NCBI RefSeq assembly: GCF_004010195.1
Contig: NC_057754.1
Span: 2,379,022-2,399,021, forward strand
DNA length: 20,000 nt
Reading direction: 5' to 3'
Source of the DNA: Chiloscyllium plagiosum
Taxonomy: Eukaryota
Under the pieces are notes generated by a model. It ran no database searches. It saw only the letters and a list, made by a program, of their open reading frames with translations, and was not told the origin of the DNA. This document shows, in pieces, positions 7,860-19,071 of this stretch; position 1 is the first letter of the stretch; each line of letters opens with the position of its first letter. Position numbers and translations under genes: made by a program.

Positions 7860-8366
7860 TCTTAATGGCTCCTGGGCTCAGGGATAGCCAATTTAGAAAC
7901 AATGGAATATCCTGAAGATTCAGCCAGGATGAGACCACCACACAGGCCTGCTAGAATATTGGGCCAGAAACCACTCCTAAGAAGACCAGCATGCTGGGCC
8001 AAGACTGCTAACCCAGGACAAGAGTGCCAGGCTGAGCCAAGACTGCCTTTCTCCTTCAGGCCCCCAGGCCGAGCTGCAGACATGGAGTCTCAGCCTAACC
8101 TGCAGGTCCAGGCAAGGGGAGTCAGCCCGGGACCTTCTCCTCACTCACTAGGAGACCCCGGGCTGGGGTGGAACTGGGTCCAGCTCGACCTGGTGGTGGT
8201 GCCACTGCCACCACGGGAGGCATCCTCCTTCACCCACCACTCTCCAGGCTTAAAAGAAAAAACAAAACAAAACCAGCAAAAGTGAAAAGAAGGCAAGAAA
8301 GAAAGAAAGCTGACGGGAGTGGACAAACCTCGGGCTCAGGCCCCTTGCTCCACCACCTCCTTGAAA
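7860..8366 (-). repeat. Probable GC-rich interspersed repeat (non-autonomous or LINE 5'-like), family not identified
   Basis: Abrupt GC-rich block. On the minus strand it begins CAAGGAGGTGGTGGAGCAAGG (resembling an AAGATGGCGG-type retroelement 5' start), followed by a T-rich tract. No coding homology recognised. Confidence 0.35.
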
Positions 8367-8939
8367 GAAGAGTTTAAGAACACAATCCTTTATTAGGGAA
8401 CAATTTTCAAATTTTTTTTTATTGGATGATAGCTTGGAATTCCTGGGCTGGCTCCATATCCTGAGCAGCTGGTCCTGGTTTGGCTGTGCATTCTAGCTGC
8501 CTGCTTTGTGGCCGGCTTTACGCTGTCACAAGCTGGTTTGTGGGTTGACTCCGCACCCTGACATGTGTCGCCTTGGCCCCTAGATGTAATTTTCTGAGGA
8601 ATTATGCTACTAACAGAATAATTAAGCCAGCTGAATTCATCATGGCCTGTCTGAGCACACAAAGGCTAAAGGTTGATGGCTTGGTCGGCTCCACCACATC
8701 ACTCGAGAGTAACACATTGCTCCTGGATTCCATATTCAGCTCATTTCTTCTCAATGAATCCATTGCACGGGGATTAAGTGACTGTTATCCAGGGGAGAGG
8801 CAGACACTTTTCATCTGCTGGCCACTAAGCCAAATGTTGGAATGGATATCTGGACTCTGACCTCACCAGTCTTCGTGGTGTTTAGACAGAATATTTTACT
8901 TTGCAGTCACCACATATTTTTGTTTTTATTTATGCATTT

Positions 8940-9110
8940 TGTGGGATGTGGGTGTCGCTGACTAGCAGCATTTATGGCCCGTTATCCATTGCCCTTGAGA
9001 AGGTGGGTATGAGGTGTCTTCTTGAACCACTGCAGTCCACCTGCTTTGGCTTGACTCACAATGCCCTTAGGGAGGGAATTCCAGGATTTTGACCCAGTGA
9101 CAATGAAGGA
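8940..9110 (-). mobile_element. 3' end of a LINE (CR1/L2 group), copy 1
   Basis: Minus strand encodes 'SFIVTGSKSWNSLP...LQWFKKTPH.HLLKGN'. Homologous to 9185-9485. Confidence 0.75.
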
Positions 9111-9184
9111 GTATATCCAGGAGGAGGCAGGAATTTTTGGCTGTCACTCATATACAGTATTTGGAATAATTGCATTAATTGTAG

Positions 9185-9485
9185 GCGTGGGTCTGGCCAT
9201 CCCTAGTTGCCCGTGAGAAGGCGGTGGTGAGCACCCTTCTTGAACCACAGCAGTCTATGTGGTGTAGGTGTGCGCACACAGTGCTGTTAGAGAGGGAATT
9301 CCAGGATTTTCACCCAGTAACACTGAAGTAAAACAGCGAAAAACTTCCGAGTCAGGAAGTGAGTGGCTCGGAGGGAAACTTGCACGGGTTGGCGTTCCCA
9401 TGTACCTGCTGCTCTTGTCTTTCTAGATGGAAGTGGCTTTGGTGAATTTCAGCAGTGAATTTGGTAGATAGAACATACTGCTGCA
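9185..9485 (-). mobile_element. 3' end of the same LINE family, copy 2
   Basis: Shares 'GCCC(T/G)TGAGAAGG...TTCTTGAACCAC..CAGTC' and 'GAGGGAATTCCAGGATTTT(G/C)ACCCAGT' with 8940-9110. Confidence 0.75.
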
Positions 9486-9549
9486 AATGCAGCTAATGAG
9501 AATAATAGCAGAACTGAAAGGTGAGGTCAGGAAGGGTTATGAGGTACAA

Positions 9550-11394
9550 TTTTTAACATTACAAACATTGACTGGGATTGCCATAGTGTTAAGGGTTGAG
9601 ATGGAGAGGAATTTGTTACGTGTGTACAAGAAAGGTTTCTGAGTCAGTATGTGGATGTACCTACCTAGAGAAGGTGCAAACCTTGACCTACTCTTGAGAA
9701 ATAAGGCAGGGCAGGTGACTGAGGTGTCAGTGAGGGCTTGGAAGATATAGAATGTAGGGAAATAAATGGTGACATCTTGAAAAATGTCCATATTACAGAG
9801 GAGGAAGTGCTTGAAACAGGTAAAGATGGATAAATCCCCAGGACTTGCTCAGGTGTATCATAGATCTCTGTGGAAAGCTAGAGAAGTAATTGCTGGGCCT
9901 CTTGCTGAGATATTTGTATCATCGATAGTCACAGGTGAGGTGCCGGAAGACTGGAGGTTAGCTAACATGGTACCACTATTTAAGAAAGTTGGTAAGGACA
10001 AGCCAGGGAACTGTATACCAATGAGCCTGATATCGGTGATGTGCAAGTTGTTGGAGGGAATCCTGAGGGACAGGATGTACATGTATTTGGAAAGGCAAGG
10101 ACTGATTAGGGATAGTCAATATGGCTTTGTGCGTGGGAAATCATGTCTGACAAACTTGATTGAGTTTTTTGAAGAAGTAACAAAGAGGATTGATGAGGGC
10201 AGAGTGCTAGACGTGATCTGTATGGACTTCAGTAAGGCGTTCGACAAGGTTCCCCATGGGAGACTGGTGACCAAGGTTAGATCTCATGGAATACAGGGAG
10301 AACTAGCCATTCGGATACAGAACTGGCTCAAAGGTAGAAGGTGGTACTTGAGGGTTATTTTTCAGACTGATGGCCTGTGACCAGTGGAGTGTCACAAGGA
10401 TCGGTGCTGGGTCCACTACTTTTCATCATTTATATAAATCATTTATATAAATGCAAGCATAAGAGGTATTGTTAGTAAGTTTGCAGATGACACCAAAATT
10501 GGAGGTGTAGTGGACAGCAAAGAAGGTTACCTCAGATTACAACAGGATCTTGACCAGATGGGACAATGGGCTGAGGAGTGGCAGATGGTGTTTAATTCAG
10601 ATAAATATGAGGTGCTGCATTTTGGGAAAGCAAATCTTAACAGGACTTATACACTTAATGGTTAAGGTCCTAGGGAGTGTTGCTGAACAAAGAGACCTTG
10701 GAGTGCAGGTTCATAGCTCCTTGAAAGTGGAGTCGCAGGTAGATAGGATAGTGAAGGTGGTGTTTGGTATGCTTTCCTTTATTGGTCAGAATACGGAGTA
10801 CAGGAGTTGGGAGGTCATATTGTGGCTGTACAAGCCATTGGTTAGGCTCCTGTTGGAATATTGCATGCAATTCTGGTCTCCGTCCTACCGAAAAGATGTG
10901 AAACTTGAAAGGGTTCAGAAAAGATTTACAAGGATGTGCCAGGGTTGGAGGTTTTGTGTTATAGGGAGGGGCTGAATAGCTTGGGGCTGTTTTGCCTGGA
11001 GCATCGGAGGCAGAGGGGTGACCTTATAGAGGTTTATAAAATCATGAGGGCCGTGGGATAGGGTAAATAGACAAAGTCTTTTCCCGAGGTGGGGGAGTCC
11101 AGAACTGGAGGGCATAGGTTTAGGCTGAGAGGGGAAAGATACAACAGAGACCTAAGGAGCAACATTTTCACGCAGACGATAGTGCCTGTATGGAATGAGC
11201 TGCCAGAAGAAGTGGTGGAGGCTGGTACAATTGCAACATTTAAAAGGCATTTGGATGGGTATATGAATAGGAAGGGTTTGGAGGGATATGGGCCGGGTGC
11301 TGGCAGGTGGGACTAGATTGGGTTGGGATATCTGGTTGGCATGGACGGGTTGGACAGAAGGGTCTGTTTCCATGCTGTATATCATTATGACTCT
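9550..11394 (+). mobile_element. CR1-clade (HER1-like) LINE, 5'-truncated and frameshifted RT pseudogene
   Basis: APE-end remnant 'GFLSQYVDVPTREGANLDLLL' (with a frameshift). ORF 9784-10380 contains KSPG, VPEDWRLA, QYGFVRGKSCLTNL and MDFSKAFDKVPH. Downstream are SQGSVLGP (~10393), FADDTK (10480-10497), LEYCMQFWSP, WNELPEEVV and a 3' tail with TATGACTCT. Confidence 0.97.
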
Positions 11395-11844
11395 TTGACT
11401 CCAATTGTGTCCATCTAAATCTCATTGGCCTCTGATAGAAGTCTTCAATCTTACAAAAGAGACTTGCTGAGCAAAACATAGAGAAGCTATTTTCATCTGT
11501 GGGCATTATTAGGGGCCAACAATAAAAATAATAATGGATAACTTTGAACATGTCTTCAGAAATTTGGGGGTTGGTTCTAGGTGGTGTTTCAGGATGGGGA
11601 TCAGTTGGCAGCCTACTGAGTCTGAGAGTTTCTAGTTCAGAGGTGGACAGCAAAGGGCCAAAAGCCTACTTCCGTCCTCCTGCATTTTGTTGCGGTTTTG
11701 AAAAACTTGAATGAAAGTGTAATAACTCAGATCACCCAAGTGGAAAGGAACATGGTTTATTGTTGGACATCAACACAGAGCGACTGCTCATGGCGTACAT
11801 CGGCTGATCCCAGCCTGAGACAGACAGTTCTGTCGAACCATCCC

Positions 11845-12236
11845 ATTTTTTAATCAACTTGTTCCACATTCCTGATGAAGAGCTTATGCTCAAAACGTCG
11901 ACTGTCCTGCTCCTCGAATGCTGCCTGACCGGCTGTGCTTTTCCAGCACCACAGTTTTTGACTTTGATCTCTAACATCTGCAGTCCTCACTTTCTCCTAA
12001 TGTTATTACACTCCCTCTGAGCAGGTGGAATGTGAACCTAGGTCTCCTGGCTCAGAATTAGAAACACTACCACTGCACCACAAGAACCCCTAGGTCTGTT
12101 CTTTTTTAATACAACCTATTTTTCAAACCAACCTATTCAGTAACGATGTTAATACACACCTCTGGAATAGGTGGGATTTGAACCTGGGCTCCCAATCCAG
12201 GAGTAGGGACTCTACCTTGGCACCACAAGAGGGCCC
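11845..12236 (-). mobile_element. Dimeric tRNA-derived SINE, with the downstream monomer interrupted by a PLE pseudo-LTR
   Basis: Two homologous minus-strand heads: TCTTGTGGTGCCAAGGTAG...GGTTCAAATCCCACCT (12236->12120) and TCTTGTGGTGCAGTGGTAG...GGTTCACATTCCACCT (12090->12001, continuing at 11866->11845). Each has A- and B-box-like motifs. Confidence 0.75.
11867..11998 (+). mobile_element. Solo Penelope-like pseudo-LTR with a near-intact hammerhead
   Basis: ATTC-CTGATGA-A-GAGC(TTAT)GCTC-AAAA-CGTC-GACT (G12->A, consistent with CpG decay), then GATGCTGCCTGACC-type body to CTGCAGTCCTCACTTT. Confidence 0.9.
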
Positions 12237-12931
12237 GAGGTCTGCTTTATATTACGTGTTCAGGTGATGAGTTCCAGCTACTGGTCATTGCCTGTTGCCA
12301 AGGGAACACATACACAACAAGCTTCACAAAGCAATTAATCAGTGATTCCCCATGGGCCTTATAGGGATTATCACAGAAAGGAATGCACAGCTGTCGAGCC
12401 TGAACCCCCACACGCTTCCCATCCCCAGCTTCATCCACCTTATGCTCCCTGCTCGCCCTCCAGTAGTCTTTCACATTCTCCTTGCCAACACATGCCCTTC
12501 CATCCTCTGACTTCACACCCCCATGCCAACTCACCCATTATCCACAGTGGACAGAACTCAAGAACCATGCTGAGATTAAATAAAGTTGTTTGTTCTCATA
12601 TTTCAAAAAGCGCACTCTCATTGGCAAAACCTCATTCCTTTACTTTCTTTAATTCTTATAAAAACATCTATTTGTATTCATAGTTCCCATTTCAAGGACT
12701 TTATAAGCTGCCATTCAGACTATGAGCTGGCAAGCACCCCACTGTGAACATGGTAAGTTGTGAATCAGGCATGCAGCACTCATTCTGTGATGATAATCCA
12801 CAAGTTAGTGACAACCATTCGTGTGAAATAACAAGCACCGATTGTTTAACAGAGATTTTTCAGATATTTAAAGGACAGGAAATTGAAATGACTTGAGAGC
12901 TTCCCAAAAGAATTATGGAACCAAAACCAAA

Positions 12932-13260
12932 AGCACAGCGAGGTGGCTCAGTGGTTAGCACTTCTGCCTCACAGTGCCAGGTACCCAAATTCGATTCCAC
13001 CTTCGGGCAACTGGCTGTGTGGAGTTTGCATATTCCCGCTGGGTCTGCGTGAGTTTCCTCTCACAGCCCAGGGATATTAGTAGGATTGCCCATGCTAGAA
13101 AATTGCCCATAGTGTCCATGGATGTGCAAGCTAGGTGGGTTAGCCATGGCAAATGCAGGGTTTCAGGGATAGGGGACCGGGTCTGGGTGGGTTGCTCTGA
13201 GGACGGTCAGTGTGGATTCAATGGGCTGAATGGCCTGCTTCCATGCTGCAGGGAGTCTAT
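12932..13260 (+). mobile_element. HE1-like tRNA-derived SINE (diverged, small internal deletion)
   Basis: A box TGGCTCAGTGG, B box-like AATTCGATTCC, core TGTGTGGAGTTTGCA and tail GGGCTGAATGGCCTGCTTCCATGCTG. Confidence 0.9.
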
Positions 13261-13539
13261 TTGTACCTTGCCTCTTCAAAGAGCCCAAACTCTCCAAAAA
13301 ACACCAGTAAGCTTTGACCTTTTCCAACCGGTTCTGAAGTACATCAGCCGTGTTTTGGATCCAGCCTCCCCCACTGAGTGAGAATCAGATCAGACCACAA
13401 GAAGCTGCAGTTTAATGTGTGCAGTTGCCTCCTTGAACCACCGATGTGCCAATTACAACCTGCTCCATTCCCTTCCACCCTGTGAAAACAGCAGGGCCAG
13501 GTTGGGATGCATGATCTTCACATTTTCACTCCATTGCTA

Positions 13540-13700
13540 AAATAGAGCGCTTCTCCATCCTGCCCACTCAGGTCTCTGGGTTCATGTGACACTCCAGGCC
13601 ATTTACCTCACTAGTGTTTGTGGGAGCTTGCTGTGTGTCTGTGACTAAAGTTGGAGAGTGCTTTGGGGCACCCTACATAACTGCAAGTCCTTATTGTTTG
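13540..13700 (+). mobile_element. Possible ancient Deu-domain SINE / L2-tailed SINE remnant
   Basis: 'TGTTTGTGGGAGCTTGCTGTGTG' and '..GTGCTTTGGGG..ATAACTGCAAGTCCTT' resemble the 3' part of DeuSINEs. Heavily deleted. Confidence 0.4.
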
Positions 13701-14059
13701 TAGTGATGTGTCTCTGGGCTAAGATTTCAAAATGGCAATCAGCTCATCAGTCTCTGTGTGTTGGGTTCAGCTTTAATCTGCCATGCAGGCCTTCGTGGTG
13801 TGCGCATCAAAGATATCAGTTCAACAGCTCACCTTAATTGGCTATGTGGAATAGGGAGTATCATCATAATCTGTGCCCTATCAGGTCTCACATAAACATA
13901 CAGAAGTCTCTGCCGATAGGAGAAGACAGAACCTCTCCCTAGACAGCCATAATGTTTGGCTCATGTTACCACACATTAGTATACAATATTGAGTTTAGCT
14001 ATTCATTCTCGTACCAGTCTGCTCCACCTCACTCCCAAAGCTTTGGTCAATAGGCACTA

Positions 14060-14360
14060 TTGAGACAGTAGGATCCCAGGTGGAGTCCCTGGTCTGTGCT
14101 GAGGTTAAGTTTCATAGCAGTTGGTGTCAGTGTCTCTAAGGTAGGGATGTAGAATTTGAGTCAGAGTTCCAGTTCCCAATCCCTCCTCTGTGACCTCCAT
14201 TGGAACGTCAGGTCCTTTGTCACATCCTCCCTGGTTAAGAGCTTGTCAACATTCCCACACAACGCTGACCCATAAGTTGGGGTGGAGGAGTGGTCAACCA
14301 CCAAAGGCCTGTTAGAAATCCTTGTTAAAAAACAGCATCTTCAGGAGAGTATAGAGAAAG
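14060..14360 (+). mobile_element. Possible ancient tRNA-derived SINE remnant
   Basis: B-box-like 'CCCAGGTGGAGTCCCTGGTCTGTGCTGAG' and a terminal 'CAGCATCTTCAGGAGAG'. Recognition is from memory of fish/shark SINEs only. Confidence 0.35.
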
Positions 14361-14929
14361 TCCCAAGAGAAAAACTCTTCAAAAATAAGGCAAAGAATAA
14401 TTCTTCATTGGCCAGCTGTTCCCATGTTTTCACAGGAGTCTCTCTCTTTTTCTGTCTAGCTGCGGGAGCAGCTGCAGTCTGGCAGTGGAGTGATTTGTGG
14501 TTCTTGGTCCGACTCTCAGCCTTTCTAAATTTGTGTTCTATTTTCTACAAATGCACCTTTTCCAAGTTGAATTGCCTCCACGTCTACTTTCTGACAGAGT
14601 CAGTATGCTCGCAAATAGATTTGTAAAGTGTTGCAGTGAATATTGACATTCGAGTGCACTGTGCTGTGATTGCAAGAGCAGCACTACCACTTGAACAGAA
14701 TTGTGTTGCTGAAGGACAACAGGCAGTCAGCTGGCACCTATGTGCAAAATGGAGGGTGATACAGACTGCTTATTTCTGTAATGTCAAGCAGATGTTGGCC
14801 TGGTACTTGGGATCACAGGTAGATACATTGTGGGAATGTAAAATGAGAAAAGGTATCTCACCTTAGGCAGGAAATATTTGGAAGGAGCTCAGCCTATATT
14901 TCCCAGAATGATGGCTGCATAGACTCGAA

Positions 14930-15057
14930 AGATTGATGTGGAGGAGCCAGTGTTGGACTGGAGTGGACACAGTCAGAAGACACACGACACCAGGTTATAG
15001 TCCAACAGGTTTATTCAAAATCACAAGCTTTTAGAGCACTGCTCCTTCGACAGCTGA
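14930..15057 (-). mobile_element. Solo Penelope-like family B pseudo-LTR with a decayed hammerhead
   Basis: Minus strand reads CTGTCGA-A-GGAGC(AGT)GCTCT-AAAA-GCTT-GTGA. 'ACACCAGGTTATAGTCCAACAGGTTTA' is identical to 6959-6985. Confidence 0.8.
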
Positions 15058-15128
15058 GTAGGGACTGCAGGAGATTACAGACATAGGAAGGGATTAAGAG
15101 GAAGTGACAGGGATAGGAAATGTTGGAC

Positions 15129-15490
15129 CATAAGACACTGGAACAAAAAGGAACCATTTAGCCTTGTGAGTCTGCTCCATCTTTCAGTGAGATCATAGCT
15201 GATCTGATCACCCACAACTCCATTTTCATGCCTTTTCCTGAGAACGCTCAATTCCCTTCCTGATGAAAAATCTGTCTATCTCAGCCTTAATTAGACATAA
15301 TGACCCAGCCTTGACAGCACTCTGCAGTAAAGAATTCCATAGATTCATGGCCCTGTACGAGAAGAAATTACTCCTCATCTCTGTATTAAACAGGTGACTA
15401 CTTACTCTGAGATGATGCTGTCTGATCCTAGACTCTCCCGCAAGGGGAAATAACCTTTCCACATTTACCCTGTCAAGCCCTCTAATAACC
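15129..15490 (-). mobile_element. CR1 LINE 3' end
   Basis: ORF 15226-15462(-) reads 'RLFPLAGESRIRQHHLRV...RSNFFSYRAMNLWNSL...IKAEIDRF', the CR1 ORF2 C-terminus. The 3' UTR ends ...TCTTATG. Confidence 0.9.
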
Positions 15491-15864
15491 TGAGTCTTTT
15501 ATATTCCAGTTGGCTGACTGGGGAAAGGAAGCAGGATTGGCAAAAGGAAGCAGGCTGCCTGGGGAAGAGTGGAAGGGCCAGACTGTTCAGGTATTAGTAC
15601 CCACCCTGACAGATGGCTTAATACTCCTGTCTCACAGGAAATGAATGCCTGAATGGGTGCTTTCTAGATGGGACACCAGAACCTTTGACCCCATGAGGTA
15701 ACGCTGGGCTGCTGACTCCTTACCTGTCCAGGTTCCAAAATTCAGGCAGCCAATCCCGTTCACAAATATAATGAGAAGTGCAAGTAAAGCCTGCCCAGCC
15801 ACGTCCCCAAGCCAAAACAACACTCTCTTCCACCATCTCTGCCAAATGTCGCCTCCATAATGGG

Positions 15865-16085
15865 TGGTTTCACTCAAAAAGACTGATCAAGGTTTGGAAT
15901 GTTCGACCACACATGGCCATTCATGCTAGATCAGTTATGAACTTCAAATCGTTCCCTGACAGTTTTTGTAAATTAAAGATCCTGAGGAATATGGGGTAAA
16001 GGTGGGTGTAAGGAGGAAGGTTGCAGATCAGACATGATCTCATTGACAGGCAGAACACGTTCAAGTGGGTGAATGTTCCAACATT
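15865..16085 (+). mobile_element. Old CR1 3' fragment
   Basis: 'TTCACTCAAA...AAGGTTTGGAAT' followed by 'GAGGAATATGGGGTAAAGGTGGG...GCAGATCAGACATGATCTCATTGACAGGCAGAACA'. Confidence 0.65.
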
Positions 16086-16596
16086 CTTAAGAACTCTGCT
16101 CTGAATACACCTCGACACAGATCTATCTTGGGAATGATACACACTTGTTACTTCCACATGCTGGAACCATATGGCAACTACTGCCAGCTCATTTCCGTAT
16201 CCACCAGGGATCTTGCCTTCTTATCATCACTTTAAATTAAAAGACTGCAGTTCGCTCCAGCTCATTTCAGCAGCAGTTGGCGAGGAGTGTTCTTGGCCAG
16301 CAGGTATCATGGTTGTGCCATCTCCATCTGCCAGTGGCCATGCCTTGGTAAGTAGCTGCTGACAGTGCCTGCACAGTACCCCAGTGCTGTGACCCTGGAC
16401 CAGGATAAGGAAGGCCACTTGGTTCCTCTGATCTGAATGAGATTTTAACCACCAACGACATAATCCTGCAGCACCCCACAAAGGTCGGTAAGCTTATAGA
16501 GCACAGGTTTGAGTAGGAGAAACCTCCCATTCATACAGCACTTTTCACAACTTCAGGATGTCTCAATAAAACACTAATTAAGTATATGCTGGAAGA

Positions 16597-16809
16597 GTAC
16601 TGATATAACGTGATGGTTTCATTCCCGTGTGATTTCCGCGTTATAAGAAAAGCGTGTAATAGCAGCATCATTGAAACCAATGGGACCAGAGTTGTGTTAT
16701 AACCAATTCGGTAAGTAAATTCGTGTTCTACAAATAATGGTCTAAATTCTTCAACTGCATTATAGTCAATTCACGTTTAATAAATGTGCATTATAGCAGA
16801 ACCAACTGT
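16597..16809. mobile_element. Probable Tc1/mariner (Tigger/pogo-like) MITE
   Basis: The right end reverse-complements to (A)CAGTTGGTTCTGCTATAATGC. The left end GTACTGATATAACGTG is a degenerate partner. Internal repeats of G(C/T)(G/A)TTATA(A/G). Confidence 0.55.
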
Positions 16810-17029
16810 GATAGTAAATTACACATGGCTGTTGGGGAGTTGTTGTAAACCACTCTGAGACAATTGGTTAGATTCATATAGTATCCATTCAAAAGGCTGT
16901 TAATGTAATGTCTCAGCAGCAGCAATAAGCACCTCTTCGAACCATTTCACTCTGTTTTGGTTTTCCTGGCGCTATTCATAAAAATATAAAAGACAGGAAA
17001 AGATCTTTATTATGCCGGACCATTCAATA

Positions 17030-17164
17030 AGTTCATGTCTAATCTTTGACTTCACTTCCACCATCTCAACCAATGGTCCCTACCTCTTCATTCAAGTCAG
17101 TCAAGTCTATCCATCTCAGTTTTGAATTCACAGGGGCAGAGAATACTCAAAAATGTACAACACT
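17030..17164 (-). mobile_element. Old CR1 3' fragment
   Basis: 'TCTATCCATCTCAGTTTTGAAT...GGGGCAGAGAATACTC' parallels 15271-15345. Confidence 0.45.
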
Positions 17165-17167
17165 TTA

Positions 17168-17642
17168 TTGAAAGGGTTCAGAAAAGATTTACAACAATTT
17201 TACCAGAGTTGGAGGGTTTGAGCCAAAGGGAGGGGCTGGGATTATTTTCCCTGGAGTGTTAGAGGCTGAGGGGCAATATTTTAGAGTTTTATAAAATCAT
17301 GAGGGGCATGGTTAGGATGAATTGCCAAGGTCTTTACCCCAGTGTAGGAGAGTCCAAAAGTAGAGGGCATAGGTTTAAGGTGAGAGGGGAAAGATTTAAA
17401 AGGGAACCATGGGGCAACTTTTTCACGTAGAGGGTGGTGCGTGTTTGGAATAAGCTGCCAGAGGAAATGGTAGAGGATGGTAAAATTACAATATTTAAAG
17501 GCATCCAGATGGGTATATGAATAGGAAAGTTTCGAGGGATATGGGCTAAGTGCTGGCAAATGGAACTAGATTAATTTAGGATATCTGGTCGGTATGGACA
17601 AGTTGAACCAAATGGTCTGCTTCTGTTTCTCTATGACTCTAT
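17168..17642 (+). mobile_element. CR1 (HER1-like) 3' end, same family as 9550-11394
   Basis: Starts TTGAAAGGGTTCAGAAAAGATTTACAA (identical at ~10905), is collinear to the tail and ends CTATGACTCTAT. Confidence 0.95.
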
Positions 17643-18244
17643 AATAAGGTCCTTTCCTGTTTACAAATTTGTTTTTAATTGGAAAGGAAACAAGCAGATT
17701 CATCAATTCTGCTTGAACATGGAAGTTTCATCAAATGGCTTTGAGCATCTCGGACAAGCAGCCACATTTACACATCAGTTGCATTGGTAATCAAATTTTG
17801 TGTTCATAGGTCAGTGCCCTGGAGATCTGATTCCTGGCAAATCCATGGAATGTCCAGGAAGGACCCTCAGGAACTCTCAGAACAAAGCCCAAAAGTGACC
17901 AGAGCATTTCCAATACTGGGCACAGAGTCCAGTGGAAAGGGTCCACAAAGTGTGTGGAACACAGGGGACGAAGCCTTCAAGATAATTAGTAGGCAAAATG
18001 TCAATTTCAAAGAAAATCGATTGGATGAGTAAAAAGCACAAGTTCATTGTCTGTTCCTTTTATTGCAGGCTTTTCCCTGTATCTCAACTGGAATTTACGG
18101 TAAGTAGTAATGCCTTGTTATTAATTCTTAAACTTTTTGCCCAGCAAGTTAAAACAATGTTTTACAGCGTTGGTTGCAGTCAGGTGTGGGAATATACTAC
18201 TGGGGGCAAAACATTCAGATCCTGTCCAGACCACATAAAGACTG

Positions 18245-18530
18245 TATAGTCACAGGGCAACAGGAGGAGTCTGTTCAGCTCCTGATCCATATCATAATTC
18301 CACCTACTGGTCTCAGTTTGATATCCCTTCATTCCCTTTCCCAAACAAAACAGTCTACCAATCTCAGCTTTGACATCTGCAGGCAGCCTTTCAACATCAG
18401 CTTCTTGTGGGGAGAGAACGGCAGATTCCCACTCCCTTTCTGTGAAGTAGTTCTTCATGAGTGGCCCAGCTGTTAATGTTCTAGCCACTTGTTCTGGACT
18501 TTTCCAACTTGGAGATAGAAACTCCCTGCC
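18245..18530 (-). mobile_element. Old CR1 3' end
   Basis: Minus-strand 'MKNYFTERE...VKAEIGRLF..GKGMKGY' resembles the CR1 ORF2 C-terminus (RNFFTQRV...FKAEIDRF...KGIKGY). Confidence 0.6.
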
Positions 18531-19071
18531 GAACAGCGTTACTAGATTCCAAACCTGTTTTCTGCGTTCCCACCTCTTGCTTCTGAGCGATTCCAAACCG
18601 ACCTGTGAAAGATTGCGACCTAAACATTGCCAAACCAGCCACTTAATGCAATAACCTGGGAATGATACAGCAAAACAGATATAGAGTCTTTCAGGGTCTT
18701 CACTGTATATTTTTATGAAGTCTCCAGGCTAAATGACACTGAATAAGTCAGTAAAAATGAAATGATACACCTTCTTTAAATAATCAAACCGGATTCCACT
18801 TAGACCTTGCTTCAGTTTTCTGGCATGAAATATAAGTGGCTCGAGGCGGGTCATTGGGCTCTTGGTAGGATACTGACAGGCAATTTGTATGCAGATTTTC
18901 TCCATAAGTCCTTGCTGAATCTACAAGAGTGTTTATCAGGCTTCTTAGAGCTCCAGAACTCTCAGTATTCATGTGTGAAAGATCGTTTAGGTTTCTCACT
19001 GGGTAAAAATGCAGCAAGTGCATTCACAGCGTTTGTTTTTAACTGATCCTGCTGCTGCTGATTGCTGAATG

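Noticed and set aside
7902..8285. 127-aa ORF as a protein-coding gene
   Set aside because: Pro/Arg/Gly-biased translation of GC-rich DNA ending in an A-rich tract, with no domain or splice support.
9784..10380. 198-aa RT ORF as a functional gene or retron-like system
   Set aside because: It is a frameshifted, internally deleted piece of an ordinary CR1 LINE. The catalytic FADD lies outside this ORF.
16255..16353. Plus-strand exon ending at a strong donor TG|GTAAGT (~16347)
   Set aside because: Weak acceptor context, no recognisable peptide in any frame and no partner exons. It cannot be supported without RNA data.
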